Positions 17,531 through 26,455 of a DNA stretch of 37,947 nucleotides are shown here, piece by piece. Under the pieces are notes generated by a model. It saw nothing but the letters and a program-made list of their open reading frames with translations, had not been told where the DNA came from and made no database searches. Source of the DNA: a virus (lineage: Duplodnaviria > Caudoviricetes). The DNA is taken from IMG/VR virus record IMGVR_UViG_3300028027_000121, positions 1 to 37,947 of that record; one strand, 5' to 3'. A program made the position numbers and the translations under genes. Position 1 is the first letter of the stretch. Each line of letters starts with the position of its first letter.

Positions 17531-18050
17531 TACAGGGAGTAATTATGGAAATGTTTATTGCAATCGCTCTGCTATGCAACCTACCAAGCTCAGATGAAAA
17601 ATTAAAATGCCAACAATCATATGTTCATTGTATGAATGTAAAAACAATTACTTTAAAAAAACAAGAAGCCTTAACTAAATGTATAATGGAAAAAAAATCC
17701 CTACGCTTTTAGATAAAATATTTATACAAGCATTAATCATATTAATGATTTTTATGTGTGGTATACCATATTTGATTTCAACTAGTAATACAGAGTTGTA
17801 TATATTAGGATGTTTAATAACTATTCCATTTATATATAAATCAGTAAATGAATTAACTAAAAAGTAATTTGATTTGTTGTAGGCTCTTGGGAACCTTCTA
17901 GCTGAGCAGGAGTTTTCTTAGTTTTGATAACTGCAGCGAACAATCTTAATAACTAATGGCTACAGGTGTCCATCCTCCTGAGGTTAACATGCAATCCAGA
18001 AGCATGTCGGAGCTTCCGTCCCGATAGGTGTTGAATACATCAACGGATTT

Positions 18051-18131
18051 ACGCTAGTAGTTTATCAGTACTAAAACGGGAACCACAGTATAGCCAAGCT
18101 GCCAAAGAAGGAGTGTGACCTTCCTAGCGTA
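18051..18131 (+). ncRNA. degenerate tRNA-like element
   Basis: acceptor ACGCTAG/CTAGCGT, TA, D-stem GTTT/AAAC, T-arm GAAGG-AGTGTGA-CCTTC; no canonical anticodon arm. Confidence 0.55.
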
Positions 18132-18162
18132 TATCTATTGCAATCTAATGAATATATTCTAT

Positions 18163-18303
18163 GGGGTGGTAGCCCAGTCGGAAGCAAAGTACCAGAGGGA
18201 ATACTAGTACAACCCTTCGGCAACTGTGGTAGACCTACGCTACAATTGGTGATGGCAGTTGCAATAAGTCCATTGGGTGGTTCGATTCCACTCCACGCCA
18301 CCA
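18163..18303 (+). ncRNA. 141-nt tRNA-like RNA ending in ACCA
   Basis: GGGGTGG/CCACGCC acceptor (one mismatch), TAGCCCAGTCGG D-like segment, GGTGG-TTCGATT-CCACT T-arm, encoded CCA, T-tract. Confidence 0.65.
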
Positions 18304-18325
18304 TTTTTATAACAGGGATAAAGCT

Positions 18326-18934
18326 ATGAGATTCATCGCACTAGATACAGAAATAGAACAACCTTATACCAGAGAAGATACAAAAGATTCATTCACTGCA
18401 GTACCTAAACTAATTCAAGTTGGTATTGTAGTATTTGAAATAGCAGAAGACGAACCTACTATCATACACAGTGAGACAATGAACATTAATTACAATTATC
18501 CATTGTCTGCTTTTATCAAGACCCTAACCTCTATTACAGACGAAGACGTTAACGAATCTGAAAATTCAGCACTTGATGCAGTTACTAGGTTGAGACATCT
18601 TCAACAGCTATTTGATACATCTAGACAATTAGTAGAATGGGGTAGCGGAGATGTAACTTTTATTACAGAGCAAGCAGAGCTAACAGAAACAGCAATGAAC
18701 TTAGTTTATGGATTCGCTAGGTCTACAATTAATGTTAAAGTCCTGTTTCAGGTATATGCTATGATGAATGGGAAGAAGCGACAAGGAGGATTATCATCCT
18801 CTATGGCTAAGGTCGGACTACAGTTCAAAGGAACTAGATACAAAGACAAGAACAAAGGTAAGCACTGGGCAGAAGCAGACGCATTAAATACTGCCAGAAT
18901 ATTTAATAAACTGTGTAATCTATACAAGCGATAG
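18326..18934 (+). CDS. DEDDh 3'-5' exonuclease
   Basis: ALDTE, WGSGD, HWAEADA. Confidence 0.85.
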   Translation: MRFIALDTEIEQPYTREDTKDSFTAVPKLIQVGIVVFEIAEDEPTIIHSETMNINYNYPLSAFIKTLTSITDEDVNESENSALDAVTRLRHLQQLFDTSRQLVEWGSGDVTFITEQAELTETAMNLVYGFARSTINVKVLFQVYAMMNGKKRQGGLSSSMAKVGLQFKGTRYKDKNKGKHWAEADALNTARIFNKLCNLYKR

Positions 18935-18945
18935 TAATCTTTACA

Positions 18946-18975
18946 TTGACAATCATATCGTACTTAATATAACAT
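18946..18975 (+). promoter_or_regulatory. sigma70-type promoter; similar ones at 19856, 22803, 27381, 30047, 32064
   Basis: TTGACA-N17/18-TANNNT at each site, mostly at gene boundaries. Confidence 0.6.
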
Positions 18976-19149
18976 AGACCCAACGGCACTTAGCCAAACA
19001 AAGGAATAGCAACATGGGCAACTTAGCTACTTATGAAGTAAGTATCAATGACTTGATTGAGCAACTAGACCTAGCTATTACCGAGAATGATAATGACAAA
19101 GTTACAAAAATCGGTAATGCAATTGAGCTTCTTTTACTAGAACTCAAAG

Positions 19150-19446
19150 GTGACACTATTCAACTTAGAATCCTGCACTAGGAGCATCATGAACGAATTA
19201 GAAATTGAGATCGGTAGAACTCTTGGACCTAGTTGTTTTTTTGTTTATCAAACATTAAAACATAACTCAAAACTATCTCTAAAAGATTTAGAAGTAGAAT
19301 CCGGAATGACCGATAGACAACTAAAGGTTATCTTAAAGAATTTAATTGAATGTGGAATTGTTACAAGAGAAAAAGTATTCTTAAGATATTGTAAAGGATT
19401 CTTGTATTCATCGAATGAACAAAAAGAAACATGGAAGTTTCATTAA
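19150..19446 (+). CDS. winged-helix DNA-binding protein
   Basis: LKDLEVESGMTDRQLKVILKNLIECGIV HTH pattern. Confidence 0.7.
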   Translation: MTLFNLESCTRSIMNELEIEIGRTLGPSCFFVYQTLKHNSKLSLKDLEVESGMTDRQLKVILKNLIECGIVTREKVFLRYCKGFLYSSNEQKETWKFH

Positions 19447-19454
19447 CTATTAAT

Positions 19455-19590
19455 GAGCGGTAGCTGTGAGGCTGAAGGTACGCATGCGGATTCCTCTGGG
19501 ACACAGGCGAAAGACAATAGAGTGATCTCGAACAGGTGGGACTCCACAGTAGAGACAATAGATCGGAGTAGCGCCCGACACCGCTCACCA
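19455..19590 (+). ncRNA. 136-nt tRNA-like RNA ending in ACCA
   Basis: perfect 7-bp GAGCGGT/ACCGCTC acceptor + A + CCA; TCGG-AGTAGCGC-CCGA T-arm-like hairpin; intergenic and GC-rich. Confidence 0.6.
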
Positions 19591-19606
19591 TTTTAAAAGG
19601 ACTAAC

Positions 19607-19846
19607 ATGAATGAGAATGAAAAGCTTCTAGTTAAAAAACTTGGGTATATTGCATTTGTACTATATACATATGCCAAGCATCATCCTGAATTTCACAACA
19701 AAGATATGCAATGGGAACTAGGTCTATCTAAAGAATCAACCCAGCGATACTTACAAAAGTTGAAACAAGCAAACGTTATAATTATTCACGGACACTGTCA
19801 TACCAGAATTTTTGAGATTGTTAAAGAAAAGAACTGGACTCTATAA
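19607..19846 (+). CDS. winged-helix DNA-binding protein
   Basis: DMQWELGLSKESTQRYLQKLKQANVI; resembles 19150-19446. Confidence 0.7.
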   Translation: MNENEKLLVKKLGYIAFVLYTYAKHHPEFHNKDMQWELGLSKESTQRYLQKLKQANVIIIHGHCHTRIFEIVKEKNWTL

Positions 19847-19977
19847 TAATTGAGGTTGACAATATATGGTACTAAAGGATAAGATTTCTATCCCTGCTCC
19901 AAAGATCAGGAAGCCTGTATGCAAGAAACCAAACACCGTAATGAAATCTAAAAAAGATTATACTAGGAAAATTAAAA

Positions 19978-20241
19978 ATGGCAAGAAGAGGCGGACAAAC
20001 TTACAAGAAGAATAAGAAAAGATTATTCCAAGTAAACTTTGACAAATTTGGAAAATATACATGTGAGCTTTGTTACAAGGCTCCGTTGTATAGAAACCAA
20101 ATAAATGAATCTAGATGGCGAACTGACTTGCTAACGGCTGATCATATTGTGCCAATAAGCAAAGGCGGAGGAAACTCATTTGTAAACTTAAGGGCGGTAT
20201 GTGGTGAATGTAATCATGAAAGGGATAATAATGTTGATTAA
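19978..20241 (+). CDS. HNH endonuclease
   Basis: CELC, DHIVPISKGG, NLRAVCGECN. Confidence 0.9.
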   Translation: MARRGGQTYKKNKKRLFQVNFDKFGKYTCELCYKAPLYRNQINESRWRTDLLTADHIVPISKGGGNSFVNLRAVCGECNHERDNNVD

Positions 20242-20998
20242 ACCATTTGTCATAGGATTCATTCTATTTATAATGATCACTGTTCCTGCCAGCAATTATA
20301 GACATCAGGATAGCCGAGCTAAACCATTCGTTAATGAATTCATTAGACTAGGTAAATTGTTTAAAATTAAAAATATTGAGCAAGATACATTAAATATCAA
20401 GATTAAATTCGATACTATTAAAACTAATAAAGAACTTGCTAACTGTAATTATTACTATGACGAGATCACCATCAATACAAAATACTGGGACAAACTTCCT
20501 ATTGAGAATAAAGAAGAAGTAATATTTCATGAGCTAGGTCATTGTGTTTTAAAAAAACGAGATCACACTGAAGTAGGCATAATGAAAGCAGTAGGGCTAC
20601 ATGATCCAGAAATATACCGAACTCATTACCATTACTTAATAAATTATTTATTTGACGAATTTCAGTATGTTGATGTAGAATGGGATAGAAATAAATACGA
20701 ATCACCAAAGGAGATAAAAGTGACTAAAACAGAACTACTGAATAACACTCACGCGGTTGTTAGGTTTACTGCAACTTGGTGTCCTCCATGTAAAGCACTT
20801 GCTCCAGTCTTTGATGAGGTAGCTAAGAACAGTCCAGATGTTGTGGTATATGTAATAGACGTAGATCAGAACCCTGAGCTAGCTACAGAGATGAACGTTA
20901 GGGGTATCCCCTGTATGATTCAAATTAAAAACAATGCAGTAACTTCTACATTGGTGGGCAATCAACCTAAACCTGAAATTGAAAAGTTGTTTAAATAA
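20201..20998 (+). CDS. membrane-anchored/exported HEXXH peptidase in frame with thioredoxin
   Basis: N-terminal hydrophobic helix, HELGHCVL..H..IM, then FTATWCPPCK...GIP; internal AAGGAG + GTG at 20720. Confidence 0.8.
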   Translation: MVNVIMKGIIMLIKPFVIGFILFIMITVPASNYRHQDSRAKPFVNEFIRLGKLFKIKNIEQDTLNIKIKFDTIKTNKELANCNYYYDEITINTKYWDKLPIENKEEVIFHELGHCVLKKRDHTEVGIMKAVGLHDPEIYRTHYHYLINYLFDEFQYVDVEWDRNKYESPKEIKVTKTELLNNTHAVVRFTATWCPPCKALAPVFDEVAKNSPDVVVYVIDVDQNPELATEMNVRGIPCMIQIKNNAVTSTLVGNQPKPEIEKLFK

Positions 20999-21495
20999 TG
21001 AATCATGATTTAAATAAATTATTAGATTTTGCTAAAAAATATGGAATATCTATTAATATTAATTATTCAGAAAGTGAAGATGTTTTAGAAATAGAAACAG
21101 TAAGTCCTGCTGCAATAGAATGTCTTTATATTAAAAGATGTTCAGATGTTGATAGATTTATTTATATTTGGGAGAAGCAAATTAATGAAAACAGAAAGAC
21201 AGATGTATGAAGAGTACATCGCAGCACAAGAAGCTAGACTAGAAGCTCTGCTGAAGCAAGCACAGGACATAAAGAAAGACATTGACAATGTAATTGCTCT
21301 AATGGTAGATTGTCCATATGATGTATCACACGGAGATTAATTCATTCTTTGTTTCAATCGTTAGAATAAAATATAAGAATGATCAGTATGTTAAATGTCA
21401 TTTGCAATATTTTTCTAAAGTATCTAACCAACTTATAGCAGAAGAACGTAATGTTAAAATTATGAAGTCGGCTATGAAACACTGGGAAATATATA

Positions 21496-22551
21496 ATGAT
21501 TAGATTATCACATTCAGCTCGTGGCAAACACGATCATTGTCCAATGATGTACAAGCTACACTATCAAGATAAGATTCGACCTTTAGGCTCTACCTCTGCC
21601 CTCTTGTTTGGGTCAGCCGTAGATAAAGCGTGTGAAGATTATATGCTAAATCGTAATGGGCTTAGAGCTAGAGAAATATTTAAAGATGAGTGGAAAAAAA
21701 TACAAGAAGGATTTGAGGAGGAAAATGGAACAATTAGCGCGGTCGACTATCATAGCAATGACTTTGATGCTGAGTTGCTCGTTCAATCCGATAACGAACT
21801 TATTCTTAAAGGTACAGTATATAAGACTGTATCCGATATTGTCAAAGCCGGACAAGAAAAAGAACGAATAGTATATTGTAACTGGGTCAGCATGTACCGC
21901 AAAGGAACGATGCTTGTAAATAAGTTTATAGAATGGGTTGACCATAACGTAGAAGAAGTGCTAGGCGCTCAGGTTGCAATCGAGCTAGAGGACGAGGACG
22001 GAAACCAAGTAACAGGGTTTGCCGACTTTGTAATTAAAATCCATGGATACGATAAGCCTATCCTAGTAGACTTAAAAACTGCCGGCAGATATTACGAACG
22101 CGGGTCGGTCAAAGAGTCAGAACAGCTAGCCTTGTACTTCTTATACTTAAAGAGCACTAAGTATCCAGATATGGAGAGAGCAGCTTTTCTAGTATTGAAT
22201 AAGATGATTAAGAAGAATCGCACTAAGACTTGTAAGAAGTGTGGAAATGTTACAACAGGTCGCGAGAAGACTTGTGCAGTCGGTACTGGTAAGAGTAGAT
22301 GTCACGGAGAGTTCGACGAAGTAATTGACCCTGAAGTTAATCTTCAGTATATTCATGATGAGATTCCACAGGACTTTATTGACGCAACAATACAGAAGTT
22401 TAATGCTACGCTAGAATCAATTAAGACAAATGAATTCCCAAAAAATGAAACGGGCTGTGATAGATACTACGGAAGAGGATGTCCGTATAAGAAATACTGT
22501 GAATCTGGTTGCATGACCGGACTATATAAAAAGGAAGAAACAAATGTCTAA
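21496..22551 (+). CDS. PD-(D/E)XK nuclease (RecB/Cas4-like exonuclease)
   Basis: LSHS..CP, GFADF, VDLKT, QLALY, C-terminal Cys cluster. Confidence 0.85.
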   Translation: MIRLSHSARGKHDHCPMMYKLHYQDKIRPLGSTSALLFGSAVDKACEDYMLNRNGLRAREIFKDEWKKIQEGFEEENGTISAVDYHSNDFDAELLVQSDNELILKGTVYKTVSDIVKAGQEKERIVYCNWVSMYRKGTMLVNKFIEWVDHNVEEVLGAQVAIELEDEDGNQVTGFADFVIKIHGYDKPILVDLKTAGRYYERGSVKESEQLALYFLYLKSTKYPDMERAAFLVLNKMIKKNRTKTCKKCGNVTTGREKTCAVGTGKSRCHGEFDEVIDPEVNLQYIHDEIPQDFIDATIQKFNATLESIKTNEFPKNETGCDRYYGRGCPYKKYCESGCMTGLYKKEETNV

Positions 22552-22801
22552 AAAAAACAAAGCTCAAACCCAGGATGATTTTGAATCAGAATTAAAAGGA
22601 AGCACAGTTGAGCAAGCGGTATTTGATGGAGCAGCTTTAAGTATTATCAAAACATCAAATAAAGAATACTTAATAATAAAGGTGCCATTAGATACAAAAA
22701 ACTTAAACGCTGGAGAATTAGAAGTTATAGGTAAAGCAGCAACTAAAGCAGAAGCAGTTGAGAAGTTTAAATTACAAGTAGTTAGAAATAATATTATTTA
22801 G
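22544..22801 (+). CDS. hypothetical protein
   Basis: AAGGA SD; overlap coupling. Confidence 0.65.
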   Translation: MSKKNKAQTQDDFESELKGSTVEQAVFDGAALSIIKTSNKEYLIIKVPLDTKNLNAGELEVIGKAATKAEAVEKFKLQVVRNNII

Positions 22802-22849
22802 ATTGACAACATGGCATAATACAGGTAATATACTATTGAGAGGTGAACG

Positions 22850-23407
22850 ATGAATAAATCAGATACAATTGTTAAAATTTCGGCAGCATTAGTAAAAGCT
22901 CAAAGTGAAATGGGCAACGCAAGTAAAGGGTCCTCTAATCCTTTTTTTAAGTCTCGTTATGCAGATTTAAATGCAATTAGAGAAGCATGTCTTCCAGTAT
23001 TGAATCTACATGGTATCGCTGTATTGCAGGGGACTACAGTCTCAGAAGGTAAGCCTTATGTAGAGACTACTCTCCTACATGACTCAGGTGAGTATCTCTC
23101 GTCATTGACAGAGATCATTGCTCCAAAGCAGAATGACCCCCAAGCTCACGGCTCAGGGGTTTCTTATGCAAGACGTTATGGGTTGCAATCATTTTTATGT
23201 ATCGGTGCGGATGATGACGATGGGGAGAAAGCAATGGGTCGTAATGTAAAATCTGCCGCTCCAGTAAAAACAGCAACGCTTACTGAAACAGTAAGCGTGA
23301 CTACTAACCTAGCCAATGCTACAGCTACATCCGTTGCCCCCAAGAAAGGATTCGGAGTTAAAGCCGAAGTAACTACAGTATCAACAGAAGAAGAAGGATG
23401 GAACTAA
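22850..23407 (+). CDS. erf: ERF-family single-strand annealing protein
   Basis: NPFFKSRYADL, PQAHGSGVSYARRYGL, DDDG. Confidence 0.9.
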   Translation: MNKSDTIVKISAALVKAQSEMGNASKGSSNPFFKSRYADLNAIREACLPVLNLHGIAVLQGTTVSEGKPYVETTLLHDSGEYLSSLTEIIAPKQNDPQAHGSGVSYARRYGLQSFLCIGADDDDGEKAMGRNVKSAAPVKTATLTETVSVTTNLANATATSVAPKKGFGVKAEVTTVSTEEEGWN

Positions 23408-23408
23408 T

Positions 23409-23846
23409 ATGACCGATGAAACATTAGAAACAGAAAGCACTGATGAATTAGAAAGATTACAAATTAATGCTAGAGAGATCGAGCAGGAGATGATTCGTCA
23501 AGCTCAAGAGAAATCTCAAGACCCTACTGAAACAGCAGCTCAAATGTATAGTATGTATGTACCACATTACAAGAGAGCTGTATCTAAGCTATCAACGCGA
23601 GGTCTTCGCAGGGTATTGAATAATCTTATTCTGTATCCCCTTGAACAGGATGACATTAAAGCAGCAAGTCAGTTTGAGAAAGAAATGATGCAGCTTGTTA
23701 ATAGTTTGGTAGAGGCAAAGTTTATTATGATCTTAGATCAGTATAGACTTAATGCAGAACAATTATATGATGCTGCAGTCACTCCTCTAACAGAAGAACA
23801 AGAAGCAGACATTAAACAACAAATCGAAGGAGAAAACAATGGCTAA
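23409..23846 (+). CDS. hypothetical protein
   Basis: 145 aa in operon. Confidence 0.7.
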   Translation: MTDETLETESTDELERLQINAREIEQEMIRQAQEKSQDPTETAAQMYSMYVPHYKRAVSKLSTRGLRRVLNNLILYPLEQDDIKAASQFEKEMMQLVNSLVEAKFIMILDQYRLNAEQLYDAAVTPLTEEQEADIKQQIEGENNG

Positions 23847-24120
23847 GTGGAATCGTAGACAAATTGGATCAGTAATAAAGAAATCAGAAGATAAGCAGCG
23901 ATTTCCTGGAGTCAAGGAATTCTCTGTAAAAGTTACAGAAGATATCACACTTAAGGCTGGCGAGTATCTTAACTTAGAAAATAAAGTATTCAAGCTAGCC
24001 TCTCTAGAAGCTGGTCGTGAAAAGATGTCAGCAGAGAATTATGAAAAAGCGTTAGAGCGTATTAATAAGATGCCAGATTTTGTATTTTTTGAAATCGTTA
24101 AAGTGACTAAAGAAGCATAG
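23839..24120 (+). CDS. hypothetical protein
   Basis: AAGGAG SD. Confidence 0.7.
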   Translation: MAKWNRRQIGSVIKKSEDKQRFPGVKEFSVKVTEDITLKAGEYLNLENKVFKLASLEAGREKMSAENYEKALERINKMPDFVFFEIVKVTKEA

Positions 24121-24205
24121 AGCAAGTCCTCCCCCTCCTTTGTTATCTATGATTACATGGTGTAAATAACACCTGACAGCCGGGAAAGACCGGCATCATT
24201 TCAAT

Positions 24206-24283
24206 GGGAGATAGTACGTCCTTGTGGGTAAGGATGTTTGCCTGATCAGCAAATTAATAGGTTCGATTCCAGAGCTACTCCCT
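24206..24283 (+). tRNA. tRNA-Ile(GAT)-like, aberrant acceptor and T stems (possible pseudo-tRNA)
   Basis: D stem GTCC/GGAT, TTTGC-CTGATCA-GCAAA anticodon arm, GGTTCGATTCC, GGGAG/CTCCC termini. Confidence 0.55.
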
Positions 24284-24511
24284 CCTTTTTTTACTAGGAA
24301 CATTTATGACACGACAAGAAGCCAATCGCAAGATTCTAGAACTATTAACAAAAGAAGTAGAATCTCATCCCGACCTACGATTTAATCAGATTATAATAAA
24401 TAAAGAATTAACAAAAACAGAATCCGGTTCCTATTATCAACAAACCCACAATACAGTTGACTACTACGAGGAACCTGTAGTAACATTGGGACGGATTACG
24501 AAGGAGTAAGA

Positions 24512-26455
24512 ATGAACAAGGGGGAAGCATTGTTTGTAAATTTAAGATCGGGACTCAACTCAAAGCCGCAGCTAATCAGCACAAAAGAAGACATTAACAA
24601 TTACATCACATCAAGAGATCGTGACTGGTATGTATCTTTGTATAAGTATACAGAAAAACATAAAGCATTGCTAGAAGAAAAGGGTTCTTTAGCGGGAGTT
24701 AAGGATACATTAACTAATGCATTGTACTTTGACTTTGATTCAAAGGACTCTCTTGAGAAAGCACAGAACGATGCTATTGAAGTGGCAAATCGACTTATCA
24801 CAAGAGGCTTTGAAGAAGATGAGATCGGATGTTACTTTACAGGTGGTAAAGGTTTCAGTGTAGAAATTGAAATGAATGAGTATCTTACTCCAGATAAATT
24901 TAAAGCTGTCGTATTTGATATCGCCGGTGACCTAGACACATTTGATGGTGTAGTTAACGATCCTAACAGAATTGTTCGTATCTCCAACACTAAGCATCAA
25001 AACTCTGGGTTATATAAAATCCCTCTAACTCCAGATGAACTAGTTAATTTGACTATTCCTGAAATCAAACTACTAGCTAAAAATCCTAGGGCTAATAGAA
25101 TGTTAACAGTTGCAAACTTGCCTAAAAATATCAAAGATGTTGAAGTGCTTAAAGAAAAAACAATTGATCAGATTGGAAAAGAACTAACTTTTGATATCTC
25201 AACGATTGATATGAAGTCTAGACCTAAAGGTATTGACGAGCCACGGTTTCTTCTATTAAATGGGTTCTTCCGTAGCGGTGAGCGCAATCATTCAATGCTA
25301 TGTCTAGCCTCAACATTGCATAATTTAAACTATCCTCTAGAAGTTACTAGAGGAATGTTAAATGGTGCAGCAGAGCTACAGTCATCCCGTACAGGCGAAT
25401 CAGCTTTCCCTGAGAAAGAAGTAGAGTTGATTATTAATCAAGTATATGGTCCAAACTGGAAAGGTGGACAGTTCACTACTAGAGACCCTAATAACTGGCT
25501 TGCTCAGTATGTTAAGAAGATGGGACTCAACGTAAAGGAAGAGGAAGGACCGGCAACGTTAGACGGTATTAGCGCAGGATTCACTCATTACTTGATGAAC
25601 ATTGAGAAGAATACAGTTAAGACCGGGATTGATGAACTAGATAAGGCTATGCCTATCACTGTTGGTAGTAACATTGGTGTAGTAGCCGCAGCAGGGGCAG
25701 GGAAAACAGCTTTAGCTTTAAAGATTCTAAGACACAACAGCGAACAGGGTATTCCTACTGTATTTGCATCTCTAGACATGCACAGAAACCGATTATTTGA
25801 AAAAGTAATCTACAACATTACTGGATTTAGCAGAGAAGATGTATACGCTAAGTTTAAAGCTGGGAAAGGCAAAGAACTTACTGACCTAGTTAAGAAACAT
25901 TATGGTAATGTATGGTTTTATGATAGAAGTTCTGCCACAGTTGAAGATATTAGAAACTATGTACTACAAGTTGAAGCTACTAGCGGTCAAAAAGTTAAGA
26001 TGGTGATGTTTGATTACTTCGAGCGTATCAGTAGTTCAGTATCTGATGATACCGCATCGTCTAAAATCGTTGCTGGGCAGATTCAAGACTTAGTAAATGA
26101 CCTAGATGTTGCAGCGATCACGTTAGTTCAGCCAAATAAGTTTAGTCTCGGTGGCGGACCTGATACAGAGATTAAATCTTACACTGCAATCAAGGGTAGT
26201 TCGTTTCTTTATCAGTCATTTCGAGGAATTGTTAGTCTCAGTCGCCCATTTTACACTCCAGAGACGAAAGAGATTGATAAATACATGGTAATCAATATCC
26301 TTAAGAACGATTTAGGTGCTCAGGATCGGTTCGAGATGGGATGGGTTGGTAAAACAGGGGAAATCTACACTCTAGAAGACCATGAAAGGGTAGAATTGAA
26401 AGAACTTATGAAGCTTAAGAACGCAACAAAAGAAGAGAAATCAGGATGGGAGTAA
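24512..26455 (+). CDS. AEP primase - SF4 (DnaB-like) helicase fusion
   Basis: YFDFD, FTGGKGF, RIVR, GERN (PriCT-like), TGIDELD, AGAGKT, FDY, LKN motifs. Confidence 0.88.
   Translation: MNKGEALFVNLRSGLNSKPQLISTKEDINNYITSRDRDWYVSLYKYTEKHKALLEEKGSLAGVKDTLTNALYFDFDSKDSLEKAQNDAIEVANRLITRGFEEDEIGCYFTGGKGFSVEIEMNEYLTPDKFKAVVFDIAGDLDTFDGVVNDPNRIVRISNTKHQNSGLYKIPLTPDELVNLTIPEIKLLAKNPRANRMLTVANLPKNIKDVEVLKEKTIDQIGKELTFDISTIDMKSRPKGIDEPRFLLLNGFFRSGERNHSMLCLASTLHNLNYPLEVTRGMLNGAAELQSSRTGESAFPEKEVELIINQVYGPNWKGGQFTTRDPNNWLAQYVKKMGLNVKEEEGPATLDGISAGFTHYLMNIEKNTVKTGIDELDKAMPITVGSNIGVVAAAGAGKTALALKILRHNSEQGIPTVFASLDMHRNRLFEKVIYNITGFSREDVYAKFKAGKGKELTDLVKKHYGNVWFYDRSSATVEDIRNYVLQVEATSGQKVKMVMFDYFERISSSVSDDTASSKIVAGQIQDLVNDLDVAAITLVQPNKFSLGGGPDTEIKSYTAIKGSSFLYQSFRGIVSLSRPFYTPETKEIDKYMVINILKNDLGAQDRFEMGWVGKTGEIYTLEDHERVELKELMKLKNATKEEKSGWE

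Noticed and set aside
17955-18050. HDV-like (theta) ribozyme
   Set aside because: GTCC..ATC-CTCCTGA-GGT..CAACGGAT resembles P2/P3, but I could not form P1 or P1.1
18163-18303. tmRNA
   Set aside because: No G3-U70 pair, too short, no tag ORF found
18071-18329. ORFs 18071-18304 (-) and 18138-18329 (+), likewise 19361-19591 (-)
   Set aside because: Overlap tRNA-like elements and have no recognisable protein features
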